Below are positions 25,804 through 36,373 of a DNA stretch of 64,000 bases, in pieces; position 1 is the stretch's first letter, and each line of letters begins with the position of its first letter. The stretch covers positions 20,150,001-20,214,000 of the forward strand of contig NC_091999.1 in NCBI RefSeq assembly GCF_044704955.1, in the 5' to 3' direction. Source of the DNA: Pristiophorus japonicus. Lineage: Eukaryota. A program made the position numbers and the translations under genes. The notes under the pieces are model-generated. The model had not been told where the DNA came from, did not search any database, and saw only the letters and a program-made list of their open reading frames with translations.

Positions 25804-25885
25804 GCAGTCGTGGCCGCGTGGTTAAGGCGATGAACTAGAAATCCATTGGGTGTTTCGCATGAAATTTCGAATCCTGCCGACTTCG
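25804..25885 (+). pseudogene. Edge tRNA-Ser(AGA) pseudogene retaining the ancestral anticodon
   Basis: GCAGTCGTGGCCGCGTGGTTAAGGCGATGAA CTAGAAA TCCATT...TTCGAATCCTGCCGACTTCG. Confidence 0.85.
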
Positions 25886-26651
25886 ATACTCAGTATCTTT
25901 CATTGCATTTCATAATTTAAGCAGGTTTCGACAAAACTGATCCTGAGATAGGTGGAATAACCTCCCACACCATTCAACAATGACTTCTCTTTCTGATTTT
26001 TATTAATCTGCAATATTAAAGATACATACGGATAGAAAAACGCAAAAAGCTGTCAAAGTTGCTACAGTGATTCAGCCTGTCTATCATTCTATATGTCTAA
26101 GGCATCTGTGCATCTCGGTTGGTGCGTGTAAATTTTAGGTTATGTGTGTGTGTGTATGTCTCTCTCTCTCTCTCTCTGTCTATCTGTATATATGTCTCTG
26201 TGTATGTGCAACTGTCTGTGGAAATCATCACCATTAATTTGGTATGTCCTGGAACTTGTAAAAAAGAATTGGATAAATAATACGGTTGTGAACTTTGGTA
26301 TCGGCTTTGGTTCATTGGCAGCAGTCTCGACTGAATCAGGAGTTTATGTTTTCAAGTCGCACACCTAAGAATTAAGCATATAATCTTGGCTAATACTCAA
26401 GCGCAGCACTTGGGGAATTTTGCATTCTTGAAGCTGTTGACGTTCGGAAGAAATGTTAAATTGAAGTTCCGTCTGCACCCCCGCGTGGATGTGAAAGGTC
26501 CCAGACCCTTACTCGAAAAAGAATAGGAGAGTTGTGTCCGTGTCAATATTACGAAAAATGTTCGAAAATGCTGACTGAAACCCAATGTGTATGTGTGTGT
26601 CTGGAGGTAAAGCCCAGATTTTCATAGTGACAGAATCCGGATACTGACAGG

Positions 26652-26704
26652 ATGAGGATGGACGAGTGGTCAATCCTTCGGACTTGAGATCCTCAGTCCT
26701 GGTA
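26652..26704 (+). pseudogene. Internally deleted tRNA-Leu relic
   Basis: GAGGATGGACGAGTGGTC...GGACTTGAGATCC...TCCTGGTA at the Leu position of the unit. Confidence 0.6.
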
Positions 26705-27350
26705 ACCCCATAATTTAACGCAGTTTGTTTCCCATCCTGCTCAGTGATACCCGATTTGAATCTGAATTTGTCTGTGACACTCTGAGCCGATAATGAAATG
26801 AAATTGTGAAAAGTATCTGTATCGTTGAGTCTCTGCCTTTCTCTCTCTCTTTAGAGAGCTTTGTGTGTGTTTGAGTCTCTGACTCACCCTGTTTCTCTGT
26901 TTGTCTCTCTTTCTTTCTCACGGTGTCCAGTTCTGTTCCAATGGATTTCTCTCAGACTCTATGTCTGACTGTCTCTCTCTTTCCGATCATCTCTCTTTGA
27001 CAGCCTGTCTCTAACCTGCTGAATATTTCCATCATTTTCTATTGATATCTCTGTCCCTCTCTCTCTATCTGTCTCTCTCCTTGTCATTGTATTTCTCACT
27101 CTTTCCCTCTCTCTCTTTATAGAGCACACAGACACATCTCTCTATATGTGTGTGTTTGAGTCTTTTTTTCACTCAGTCTGCCTCTCCTTCTTAGACTCAC
27201 ACTTTCTGACTCTCGTTGTCTCTATCTCGTTGTCTGTCTCTCCCTGTTTGTCGGTTTGTCTCTGTCTCTCAATGTGTCGGTCGGCTTCTCATGGTGTCCA
27301 CTTCTGTTCATAGCTCAATTCCGGATCTGACAGTCGCACTATCTGTCACC

Positions 27351-27422
27351 TCCTCGTTAGTATAGCGGTGAGTATCCCCGCCTGTTACCCGAGACACTGG
27401 GGTTCAATTCCCCGATGCGGAG
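27351..27422 (+). pseudogene. Edge tRNA-Asp pseudogene, anticodon GTT
   Basis: TCCTCGTTAGTATAGCGGTGAGTATCCCCGC CTGTTAC ...GGGGTTCAATTCCCCGATGCGGAG (72 nt). Confidence 0.85.
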
Positions 27423-27641
27423 GCAGTTGTTTCAAAATGTAAAATTTTACTTTTGTTTCATGATACAGACTCATGATAAAAAGTTCCAGTGTAAAATAGA
27501 ACAGTAAAAATATAGCAAAAGCAGATTTCCTCTTCCAGATTTTTCGCAAACGGAGACTGTTTCAGGATTCTGTGGCCGTCTGCTGCCCAGAGATGGATGA
27601 CTGAGTTTTATCTGAGTAACATTTAAAGAGGCAGCGGACCA

Positions 27642-27691
27642 GTAGTTGTGGCCGAGTGGTTAAGACGATGGACAAAAATCCATTGGGGTTT
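27642..27691 (+). pseudogene. 5' half of tRNA-Ser, truncated by CR1
   Basis: GTAGTTGTGGCCGAGTGGTTAAGACGATGGAC...TCCATTGGGGTTT followed directly by a CR1 tail. Confidence 0.85.
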
Positions 27692-29452
27692 AGAAATAGG
27701 AACAGGAGCAGACAATACGGTCCCTGGAGCCTGCTCCATCTTTCAATAGGATCAGGGCTGATCTGTTCATGGATTCAGCTCCACTTCTCTGCCCGCACCC
27801 CATAGCCCCTTATCACCTTATCGTTTAAGAAACTGTCTATTTCTGCCTTAAATTTGTTCAGTGACCCAGCTTCCAGAACTCTCTGAGGCAGCGATTTCCA
27901 CATATTTACAACCCTCTGAGAGAACAGATTTCTGCTCATCTCTGTTTTAAATGGGCGGCCCCTGATTCTAAGATCATGCCCTCTAGTACTAGTCTCCCTC
28001 ATCAGTGGAAACATGCTCGCTACATCCATCCTGACAAGCCCCTTCATAAGCTTATACTTTTCGATAAGATCACCTCTCATTCTTCTGAATTCCAATGCGT
28101 GGAGGCCCAACCTACTCAACCTTTCCTCATAACTCACCCCCCTCATTCCCGGAATCAACCGCCTGAACCTTCTCTGAACTGCTTCCAAAACAAGTATATC
28201 CTTTCGTAAATATGGAAACCAAAACTTCACGTCGTATTCCAGGTTTGGCCTCACCAATATCTTATATCGCATTAGCAAGATTTCCCTGCATTTATACTCC
28301 ATCCCCTTTGCAATAAAAGTCAAGATACCATTGGCCTTCCTGATCACTTGCTCTACCTGCATACTATCCTTTTGTGTTACATGCACAAATACCCCAGGTC
28401 CTGCTGTGCTGCGGCACTTTGCAATTTTTCTCCATTTAAATAATAACGTGCTCTTTGATTTTTTTCTGCAAAAGTGCATGACCTCACACTTTCTAACATT
28501 ATACTCCATCTGCCAAATTTTTGCCCACTCACTTAGCCTGTCTACGTCCTTTTGCAGATTTGTTGTGTCCTCCTCACACATTGCTTTTCCTCACATCTTT
28601 GTAAAGTCATCAAACCTGGCTATGTTACACTCAGTCCCTTCTACCAAGTCGTTAATATAGATAGTAAATAGTTGGGGTCACAGCACTGATCACTGCGGCG
28701 CCTTACTAGTTACTGGTTGCCAATCACAGAATTACCCATTTATCCCTACTCTCTGTTTATGTTCGTTAGCCAATTCTCTATCCATGCTACTATATTACCC
28801 ACAACCCCGTGTACGTTTATCTTGTGCATTAACCGTTTATGTCGCACCTTGTCAAATGCCTCTATAAATCGACATACACCACTTCCACTGATTCTGGTTT
28901 ATCCACCCTGTTCGTTACATCCTCAAAGAACTCCAGCAAATTTGTCAAACATGACTTCCACTACATAAGTCTATGCTGATTCTGCCTGACCGAATTTTGC
29001 TTTTCAAAATGTCCGGCTACAGCTTCTTTAATAATGAACTCCAACATTTTCCCAGCCACAGATGTTAGTCTAACTGGTCTATAGTTTCCTGCTCTTTGTC
29101 TGCTTCCTTTTTTTAAATAGGCACGTTACATTTGCAATTTTAAAATCTGCTGGGATCTCCCCAGAATCCAGAGAATTTTGGTAAGCTAAAACCAATACAT
29201 CCACAATCCCTATCACTACTTCTTTTAAGACCCGAGGATGCAATCCATCATGTCTAGGGGATTTATCCGCCTTTATTCCCATTATCTTACTGAGTAGCAT
29301 CGCCTTAGTGATTGTGATTGTGTTAAGTTCCACCCGTCCTATAGGCCCTTTACTATCCACTGTCGGAATATTGCTAGTGTCCTCGACTGTAAAGACTAAT
29401 ACAAAATATTGTTGAGAATTTCTGCCATCTCCATGTTCCCCATTACTAATTT
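27692..29452 (-). mobile_element. CR1-clade LINE, 5'-truncated, decayed ORF2 (RT + C-terminus)
   Basis: ORF 27775-28581 (LQKDVDRLSEWAKIWQMEYN...LEAVQRRF...RGDLIE...FSQRVVNMW); KSPRHDGLHPRVLKE upstream; 3' tail AGAAATAGGAACAGGAG. Confidence 0.95.
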
Positions 29453-29954
29453 CAGTAGGGCTAACTGCATTCTGGAAACAGGAGACAGAGTGTCAGGGTT
29501 TAATGGGTGTTGCTGAGATTTGAGCAGCATTGGAGGTGGTTACTTTGCTCCTCGTTCTGTTTAAAACGTTTGGACTCGAGAGTCATTTAAAGAGGACTAT
29601 CCAAAACCAAAAATCATTGTACAAATGCCCTCCCCGAGAGGAGGTCTCCACTCGCATACTTAGCCTGGTCAAAACTAAAATGGTATTAGATCAGAATTGG
29701 ATTTTCTCCGGCGATCACACACTCTGCCCCCACCTAGCACAGCGGCGGAGAGGGCTCCATAATACCCATGGGCACTGTGCGGCGCCGGATCTCATCTGCC
29801 AGAAATACTGTCTCAAAGCTGTTCAACTGGAAAATTGAGAGAGTCGCTGTGTATAACAGAAAACGGTCGAGAGAGCGTGTGTGAATCTGAAATGCACCGG
29901 GCTCTGGGAATGATTCCCCAAGGTTGTGCTCGGTGTTTGTGTCAGATTTCGAAC

Positions 29955-30480
29955 CAGTGCTATCCCTGCCCTGCGACTTTTGATGGGACAGTGTAGAGGG
30001 TGTTTTACTCTATATCCAACCCGTGCTGTACCTGCCCTGGGAGAGTTAAATACGTCAGTGTAGAGGGAGCTTTACATTGTATCTAACCCGTGCTATCCCT
30101 GCACTGGGAGAGTTTGATGTGTCAGTGTAGGGGGAGCTTTACACGCTATCTAACCCGTGCTGTCCCTGCCCTGGGAGAGTTTGATGGGTCAGTGTAGAGG
30201 GAGATTTACTGTGCATTTAACCCATGCTGTCTCTGCACTGGGAGAGTTTGATGGGTCAGTGTAGAGGGAGCATTACTCTGTATCTAACCGTGCTCTCCCT
30301 GCACAGGGAATGTTTGATGGGTCGGTCTAGAGGGAGCTTCACTCTGTATCTAATGCGTGCTTTATCTGCCCTGTGAGTGTTTGATTGGACAGTGTATAGG
30401 GGCATTTACCTTATATCAATCCCATGCTGTACCTGCCCTAGGAGATTTGTATGGGATACTGCAGAGGAAAACTTACTCTG
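29955..30480. repeat. 67-bp minisatellite, ~8 copies
   Basis: Unit GTGTAGAGGGAGCTTTACTCTGTATCTAACCCGTGCTGTACCTGCCCTGGGAGAGTTTGATGGGTCA; starts at 29991, 30058, 30125, 30192... Confidence 0.9.
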
Positions 30481-30934
30481 TCGTGTACTGAAATGTGACA
30501 AGCTGTGATGGAGCAGAGTCCTGCTCTTTAATAGAACCTGCCATGTGACTGCGACAGACCATAATATTCGAGGAGGCTGCATAGTGCATCTGGTCGCTGT
30601 GCAGTAATTGCGCCTCTGGGACCGGATACAACAAGGCATCGGTAGAGGTGTCTTTACTCTGATGGGACACTGGGTGGCGCAGTGGGTCTTTCACCAATGG
30701 GACTTGGTTCAATCACAACCCAGACAGGAGGGGTGAAACATACCTGTCAGGTAAATAAAACAGAGTGTGACAGGGAAAATGGAGCCATGGAGAAAGGAAC
30801 ACAGCAAATTCCAAGTTAGTTTATTTGTCATTCCAGATTTATTAACAATTTCATAGAAAACAATTTACAGGGAAGTTTAAAAAAGTGAACACAAAGTGAA
30901 TACAACTGAGCAAAACATTGAGAACCGAACACAG

Positions 30935-31365
30935 GCGGATTGGGCCTGTACACTCTGGAGTTTAGAATAATGAGAGTTGATCTGATTGAAACATAAGATT
31001 CTGAGAGCGATTGACAGGGTAAATGCTGAAGCTTTGTTTCTCCATGGCTGGAGAGTTCAGAACTAGGAAGGCACTGTCTAAGGATAAACGATCGGCCAGT
31101 TCAGACAGAGACGAGGAGGAATTCCTTCATTCAGAGGGTTCTGAATCTTTGGAATTCTCTGCCCCAGACGGCTGTGGAGGCTGAGTCTCTAAATATATTC
31201 AAGGCCCAAATAGATAGATTTTTGGACTCAAGCAGAACAAGGGATATGGCTAACGGGCGGGAAAGTGGAGTTGAGGTCGATGATCAGCCCTGAATGTATT
31301 GAATTGCGGAGCAAACTCAAAAGGCCATATGGCCTACTCCTGCTCCTATTTCTTATGTTCTTATC
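30935..31365 (+). mobile_element. CR1 3' fragment
   Basis: GGCCTGTACACTCTGGAGTTTAGAA...; ends GGCCTACTCCTGCTCCTATTTCTTATGTTCTTAT. Confidence 0.9.
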
Positions 31366-31831
31366 TCGGAGCTGCCAGCTATCTGTACAGTTGTGACAGA
31401 CACCAGAGAGAGAGAACAGGGGCTCAGCATAAAGGGAAGGGAACAATTGTGAATAAGAATGAGTAAAGTTATTTATTTACACATGAAATATTCAAGGCAC
31501 GGTGAAACTCCGAGATACAGTTACATTACATCCACAATTATCGAACACATTTCAAACAGAAAGACGGAAATCCAAGTTATATACTGATTCGGATCTAGTA
31601 ACTTGAGGCATTTTACTCTGAGAATCGCCAAGAGGACATCGTTTATTTTTAGTGACACAGAAATGATAAACAGATGAAGAAAATCTACGTCGGCCGAAAG
31701 TCAGACCATCACTTGACAGTAATAGAGGGATAAAAGAATGAAGCTGAGGTTTAGTGCTCTAGGGCATTTATCTCAGGGTTTGTCAAACGTCTTCCGTCAG
31801 ATGGAAGTGTGAGCGGATTGAATCTTTCCAC

Positions 31832-31959
31832 TTTCACCAGAGTGACGGCAGCGCTGTAGGAAATGCTCAGGAAGAACAGGATGATGAATGTGGAAGCAAT
31901 TGTACAGATGTTGTCGCTCTCGTACTCATAGACTTCACTCCAGATGTTGTCTGAGGAAT
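31832..31959 (-). pseudogene. IGHM: Immunoglobulin heavy chain (IgM) transmembrane exon
   Basis: After acceptor ...ctacatccacgtAG (31960-61), phase-1 translation (D)SSDNIWSEVYEYESDNICTIASTFIILFFLSISYSAAVTLVK(V): acidic spacer plus CART motif TF-LF-LS--YS--VT of membrane IgH. AATAAA at 31642-31647. Confidence 0.92.
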
Positions 31960-32639
31960 CTACGTGGATGTAGGGGAGGAAATATATTCAGATCGTTTAT
32001 TAATGTGGGATGTCATACTATTATTTTATTTCCTCTTTTCTTTCCCTTACGGTATTAGTTTGTACTCTAATTTAACTTTGAATGTATACTTTGTGTTAAG
32101 TTAATCACTCTCAGCAACCTCCCTCTGTTCCTCACTCCACAGTCGCTCTTCCTTTATGATCCTCCTTTCGTCCGTTTTGGAAAATATGATAGTTTTTCTT
32201 CAATCTCAGAGGCTAATTGATTTTGGATGACTTCGCTACGATCGATCATTCGGAAATAATATGATGAAATATCGAGTGAGGATTACAGCTGGATCTCTAT
32301 TGTTTTAGCGCTAGGTTAAGGTAGTTAATTATTTGCAGCCTGCCAAAGGGGCTATGTAAGAGATCAGTTGTGAGTTTTTACCTTGTTTATTTATTTGTTA
32401 GGGTAATGCTCTGACCATAATTAACGTATCGGTTTGCAAGAACTATATTGATCCAGTGTATGTGTAAGGATAGAATAGTGAAACGTGAGATATTATGGTA
32501 TCAGGAATTATTTATTCTGGCCAAGCATTGGTACTTTGTCCGGCCAAAAACTGCATTTTAATTGTCATTCGTCTAAAGCCGGAGGTTTTTGTTTGTGCTC
32601 TTTACTGTTTTTGTGAGTGTATGACTATCTGTTGTTCTG

Positions 32640-34330
32640 GATTAGTTCGTGTTTCTGTGTCCCTGTGAGGGTGTTGATGTGTGTGTTTATGTAATTGTGT
32701 GCGTGCTTTTCTCTCTGTGTGTACGTTTATGTGTAAAAGTGTGTGTGTGTGTGTGTGTGTTTATGTGTAACTGTGTTTGTTGATGTGTAAGTTTGTGCAC
32801 GTGTGCATTTGTAAAATTGTGTATGTGTGTGTAAGTCTTTGTGTTTTTTTGTGTAAGTGGGCGTGTGTCCATAGGGAAGCGTGTGTTTATCTGTAATTAT
32901 GAGTGTGCGGTTTGGTGTAGTGTGTGCAGGTAAGTTTATGTATAAGCACGTCCATGTCTAAGGGTTTGTGTATTGATGTTTGTGTGTGTATGTTTGTGTG
33001 CAAGTGCGTTCACGTGTGTGCTTATGTGTAAGTGTATGTGTATCCTAGTGTATATGTATGTAAGTTCATGTGTGTGTTTGTCTGTAATTGTAAGTGTGTG
33101 ATTATGTCTGAGTGTTCGTTTATGTTTAGGTATCAGCGTGTGCGTGTTTACATGTAACAGTGGGTTTACAGGTAAGTTTTTGTGTGTTTTTGTGCGTGTG
33201 TTTTGTGTTAGTGTGTGTGTGGATTGATGTGTGTGTTTATGTGTGTGTAAGTGTGTGTAAGTTTGTTTTTGTAAGTGAGTGTTTGGATTGATGTATGTGG
33301 AAGTGTGTGCTTGTAAGTGGGTGTTTGGATTGACGTGTGTGGAAATGTGTGTGTGTAAGTGTGTATAAGCGTGCTTTTTGTAAGTGCGTGTTTGGAATAA
33401 TTTTTGTGTTTATGTGTGTTTAAGTGTGTGTACGTGTGTTTTGTGTAAGTGCGTGTGTGGATTCATGTGTGTGTTTATGTGTGTGTAAATGTGTTTTGTG
33501 TAAGTGTGTATCAGTGTTTGTAAGTGTGTGTAAGTGTTTGCACGTGTGTTTTGTGTAAGTGCGTGTGTGGATTGCCATGTGTGTTTATGTGGGTGTAAGT
33601 GTGTGTGTGTGTGTGTCTGTTTTGGGTAAGTGCGTGTGTGGATTGATGTGTATGTTTATGTGTGTGTAAGTGTGTTTTGTGTAAGTGCGTGTGTGGATTG
33701 ATGTGTGTATTTATGTGTGCGTAAGTGTGTTTTGTGTAAGTGTGTGTGTGTGTAGATTGATGTGTGTATTTATGTGTGTAAGTATGTTTTGTGTAAGTGC
33801 GTGTGTGGATTGATGTGTGTGTTAATGTGTGTGTAAGTGTGTGTACCTGTGTTTTGTGTAAGTGTGTGTGTGGAATGATGTGTGTGTTTTTGTGTGTGAA
33901 AGTGTGTTTTGTGTAAGTGCGTGTATGGATTGATGTGTGTATTTATGTGTGTGTAAGTGTGTGCAAGTGTGCTTTTTGTAAGTGTGTGTTTGGATTGATG
34001 TGTGTGTGCAAGTGTGTGAAAGTGTGTTTTGTGTAAGTGCGTGTATGGATTGATGTGTGTATTTATGTGTGTGTAAGTGTGTGCAAGTGTGCTTTTTGTA
34101 AGTGTGTGTTTGGATTGGTGTGTGTGTGGTTATGTGTGTGTAAGTGTGTTCTGTGTAAGTGTGTGTAAGTGTGCTTTGTGTAAGTGTGTGTTTGGATTGA
34201 TGTGTGTGTGAAAGTGTGTGTAAGTGTGTTTTGTGTAAATGTGTGTGTGGATTGACATGTGTCTTTATGTGTGTGTAAGTGTGCACTTACACAAAAACAC
34301 ACACACTTACACAAAATCATCAACACACTT
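32640..34330. repeat. Degenerate TG-rich satellite (GTGTAAGTGTG / GTGGATTGATGTG motifs) within the IgM Cmu4-TM intron
   Basis: Direct inspection; polarity flips to CA-rich at ~34283. Confidence 0.92.
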
Positions 34331-34749
34331 CCATGTGAACACACACAAACTCACTTTCACATTTATTCTCCCTGGCTCTGTGTAAATATGTTCTGTTTGA
34401 GGAATAATGTGACGTCAGCCGAAAGAATGCAACAATTCAACCGATGGGCCTGAGAAACATCAGGGACACAACTGTGAGAATCCCACAGAGGATTCATCCA
34501 CCAATTTAGATATGGCCCATGAGAATTCAGCATGTTAGTTTACAATTAACAGGGACTGTTGCAACCCCAATCCTATTTAAAAATATTACTTGGAATAAAC
34601 AGTTAATTCAGAATATAATACTCATGTGGCAAGTTTAAAATCTTTAGACCATGGGTTAGAATCTCACATTGTACTGACGCCAACTTAGTCCATATAAAAG
34701 AAGGTGGTTCACTTCCCATGTCCCTGCAGGCGGGGGGGGAGGGGTAGTT

Positions 34750-35130
34750 AGTGGGGATTACATGAATTACACATTGCCCTTTACCCTCTCGCTGGTGGAT
34801 GTGAGAGGTCCAGTAAGCTAATAATTACCCTTTACTCTCTCTCTGCTGGGGGAGTGGGGAGCTACAGTAGATTACCAATTACCCATCACAATCTCTGCTG
34901 GGGGAGTGCCTGATACAGTGGGTTAACAATTGTCCATTTCCCTATCTCTGGTTGGGTAGTGCGTGTACAGTGGGTTAACAATTGCTGTTCCTCTCACTCG
35001 CTGTTTAGGGAATGGTGTTAAAGTGGGCCAACAATTACCCTCCCCCCCCTCTCTCTAGTTAGGGGAGTGGGACTAAAGTTGGTTAACAATTACCCTTTCC
35101 CCTCTCACTGGCGGGGAATGGAGGTACAGT
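34750..35130. repeat. Degenerate ~55-60-bp tandem repeat
   Basis: Recurrent AACAATTACCC...CTCTC.CTGG.GGGAGTG...TACAGTGGGTT, ~6-7 copies. Confidence 0.6.
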
Positions 35131-35481
35131 TCGTGTTCGCGTGTGGCCATCACTTCAGTTCCCAGTGGCTGAAATCTGAAACTTACTTCAATTCTGAATT
35201 CGCGATAGACAACCCGAGAAATAGGGACAGAGAGATTTAAATGTGCTGTGTTTATTTATCGGAAATGGAAAAGGGAGGAAGTTTGCAAAGTTACTTTCAG
35301 GAATCCTGTAAAGAGAGAGCTTCACCATGGTATATCTGTGCTGGGAGCTCTGGCTGTACAAGCCTTAAAAACGAGACCCGCAAACACCCTACTTCAGATA
35401 AACAGCCCTCACATTGGCCAAAATAGGAAACACAATTAATTGAGCGGCTGTGTGTTTAGCTCACTGTTAGAAAGAAAACAC

Positions 35482-35487
35482 TTTATT
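35482..35487 (-). promoter_or_regulatory. Secretory-form polyadenylation signal of IgM
   Basis: AATAAA on the minus strand, 38 nt after the secretory-tail stop. Confidence 0.75.
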
Positions 35488-35524
35488 GGTTTTAATTTAG
35501 AACTGAAATGCAATCGAGAGATTG

Positions 35525-35915
35525 TCATTGACAAGAATTGACGGTGTCCATCAGAACAAGGGAAATGTTCACAAAACTGGGTTTACCGCTGGATTTATTG
35601 ACGGTTCTGTTGGTGATCTTCAAGTGGATCGCTTCATGTCCCACCACACAGGAGTAAGAAGCGCCGTTGGCCCACTCCTCAGCTGCAATGGATAGCAGGC
35701 TCTATATGGAGAAGGATCTGCTGCCATTCTCCGCCATCACCTCGGTGTTTTGTAGTTGCCGGAATCTACCGGTTTGTCATTGACGGTCCATTTGACAAAG
35801 ATTTCTCGAGGGGAGAAACCTCTCACTAAACAGGTGAGGCTGACTGATCTCTGAGCGGAGACTTCTTCTGCCGATGGCAGGAGGACAGACACAGCCGGTT
35901 CCCGCTGATCTTTCG
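35525..35915 (-). pseudogene. IGHM: IgM heavy chain Cmu4 exon plus secretory tailpiece, disabled
   Basis: Acceptor ...ctgctctacAG, then [55 protein letters not shown] / (1-nt deletion ~35748-51) [15 protein letters not shown](TAG 35702-04)[59 protein letters not shown]1-set Cys/Trp/Cys, internal G|GTAAAC donor, tailpiece with NxS and penultimate Cys. Confidence 0.95.
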
Positions 35916-36373
35916 CTGTAGAGCAGTTACAATAAAGATCAATGAACTGGACAATTCCAGAGACAATGGGGGGGGGGGGACTTTAACCTAATGAAGCGGG
36001 CGGGTTGTGGGCGTGAAGGAGGTTAAATTGGTAAAAATCGTAATCCCGACCTCAACGTGCTCAGTTCTGGTTGTAATATTATATTTGAGTAATATATTTA
36101 AATGAGGCTGCAATCCTCTCTTTTAACCTCCATTTTGTGTTTAACTGTAGCTGCTCTGGTTGTACACACTGTGTAAATCCCTACAGTTACAGTGAGGTGG
36201 GGTCTGCTGCACCCAGGTGGTAATTGCCCTTACACCTACCTCCTGTATCCTCCCTGCCTAACCTATCCCCGCGATCCGAGACCTCCTCACTCGGCTTCCA
36301 ACTGTCAGAATGAACATGGTTCAGTCGGGATGTGATTAACAGCAGCGATAACAGCAGATTCCAACCCCTGCAG

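Larger units (their letters stand above)
1..27691 (+). repeat. Tandem tRNA-gene macrosatellite, ~2.4-kb unit (Asp-like, Ser-like, SINE fragment, Leu-TAA, TC-rich spacer), ~11.5 units; runs off the left window edge
   Basis: Leu-TAA starts at 1012, 3405, 5013, 7414, 9817, 12220, 14630, 17034, 19439, 21839, 24243 and ~26652 (spacing ~2400, one 1608). Spacer sequences recur nearly verbatim. Confidence 0.97.

Noticed and set aside
95-26921. Dozens of Ser/Leu/Cys-rich and Arg/Glu-rich ORFs in the array (including 342 aa at 24760-25788)
   Set aside because: Translations of TC/GA low-complexity spacer and antisense tRNA sequence. Frames are not conserved between units and there are no splice or domain signals.
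25514-27422. Functional tRNA-Glu(TTC) and tRNA-Asn(GTT) genes
   Set aside because: Bodies are tRNA-Asp with multiple stem mismatches; the anticodons are point mutations in pseudogenes.
1-27691. CRISPR-like or rDNA-like interpretation of the array
   Set aside because: Whole units repeat with no unique spacers, there are no cas-like ORFs and no 5S/18S/28S sequence; the DNA is vertebrate.
33822-34344. His/Thr-rich ORFs
   Set aside because: Translation of the (CA)-rich strand of the TG satellite.
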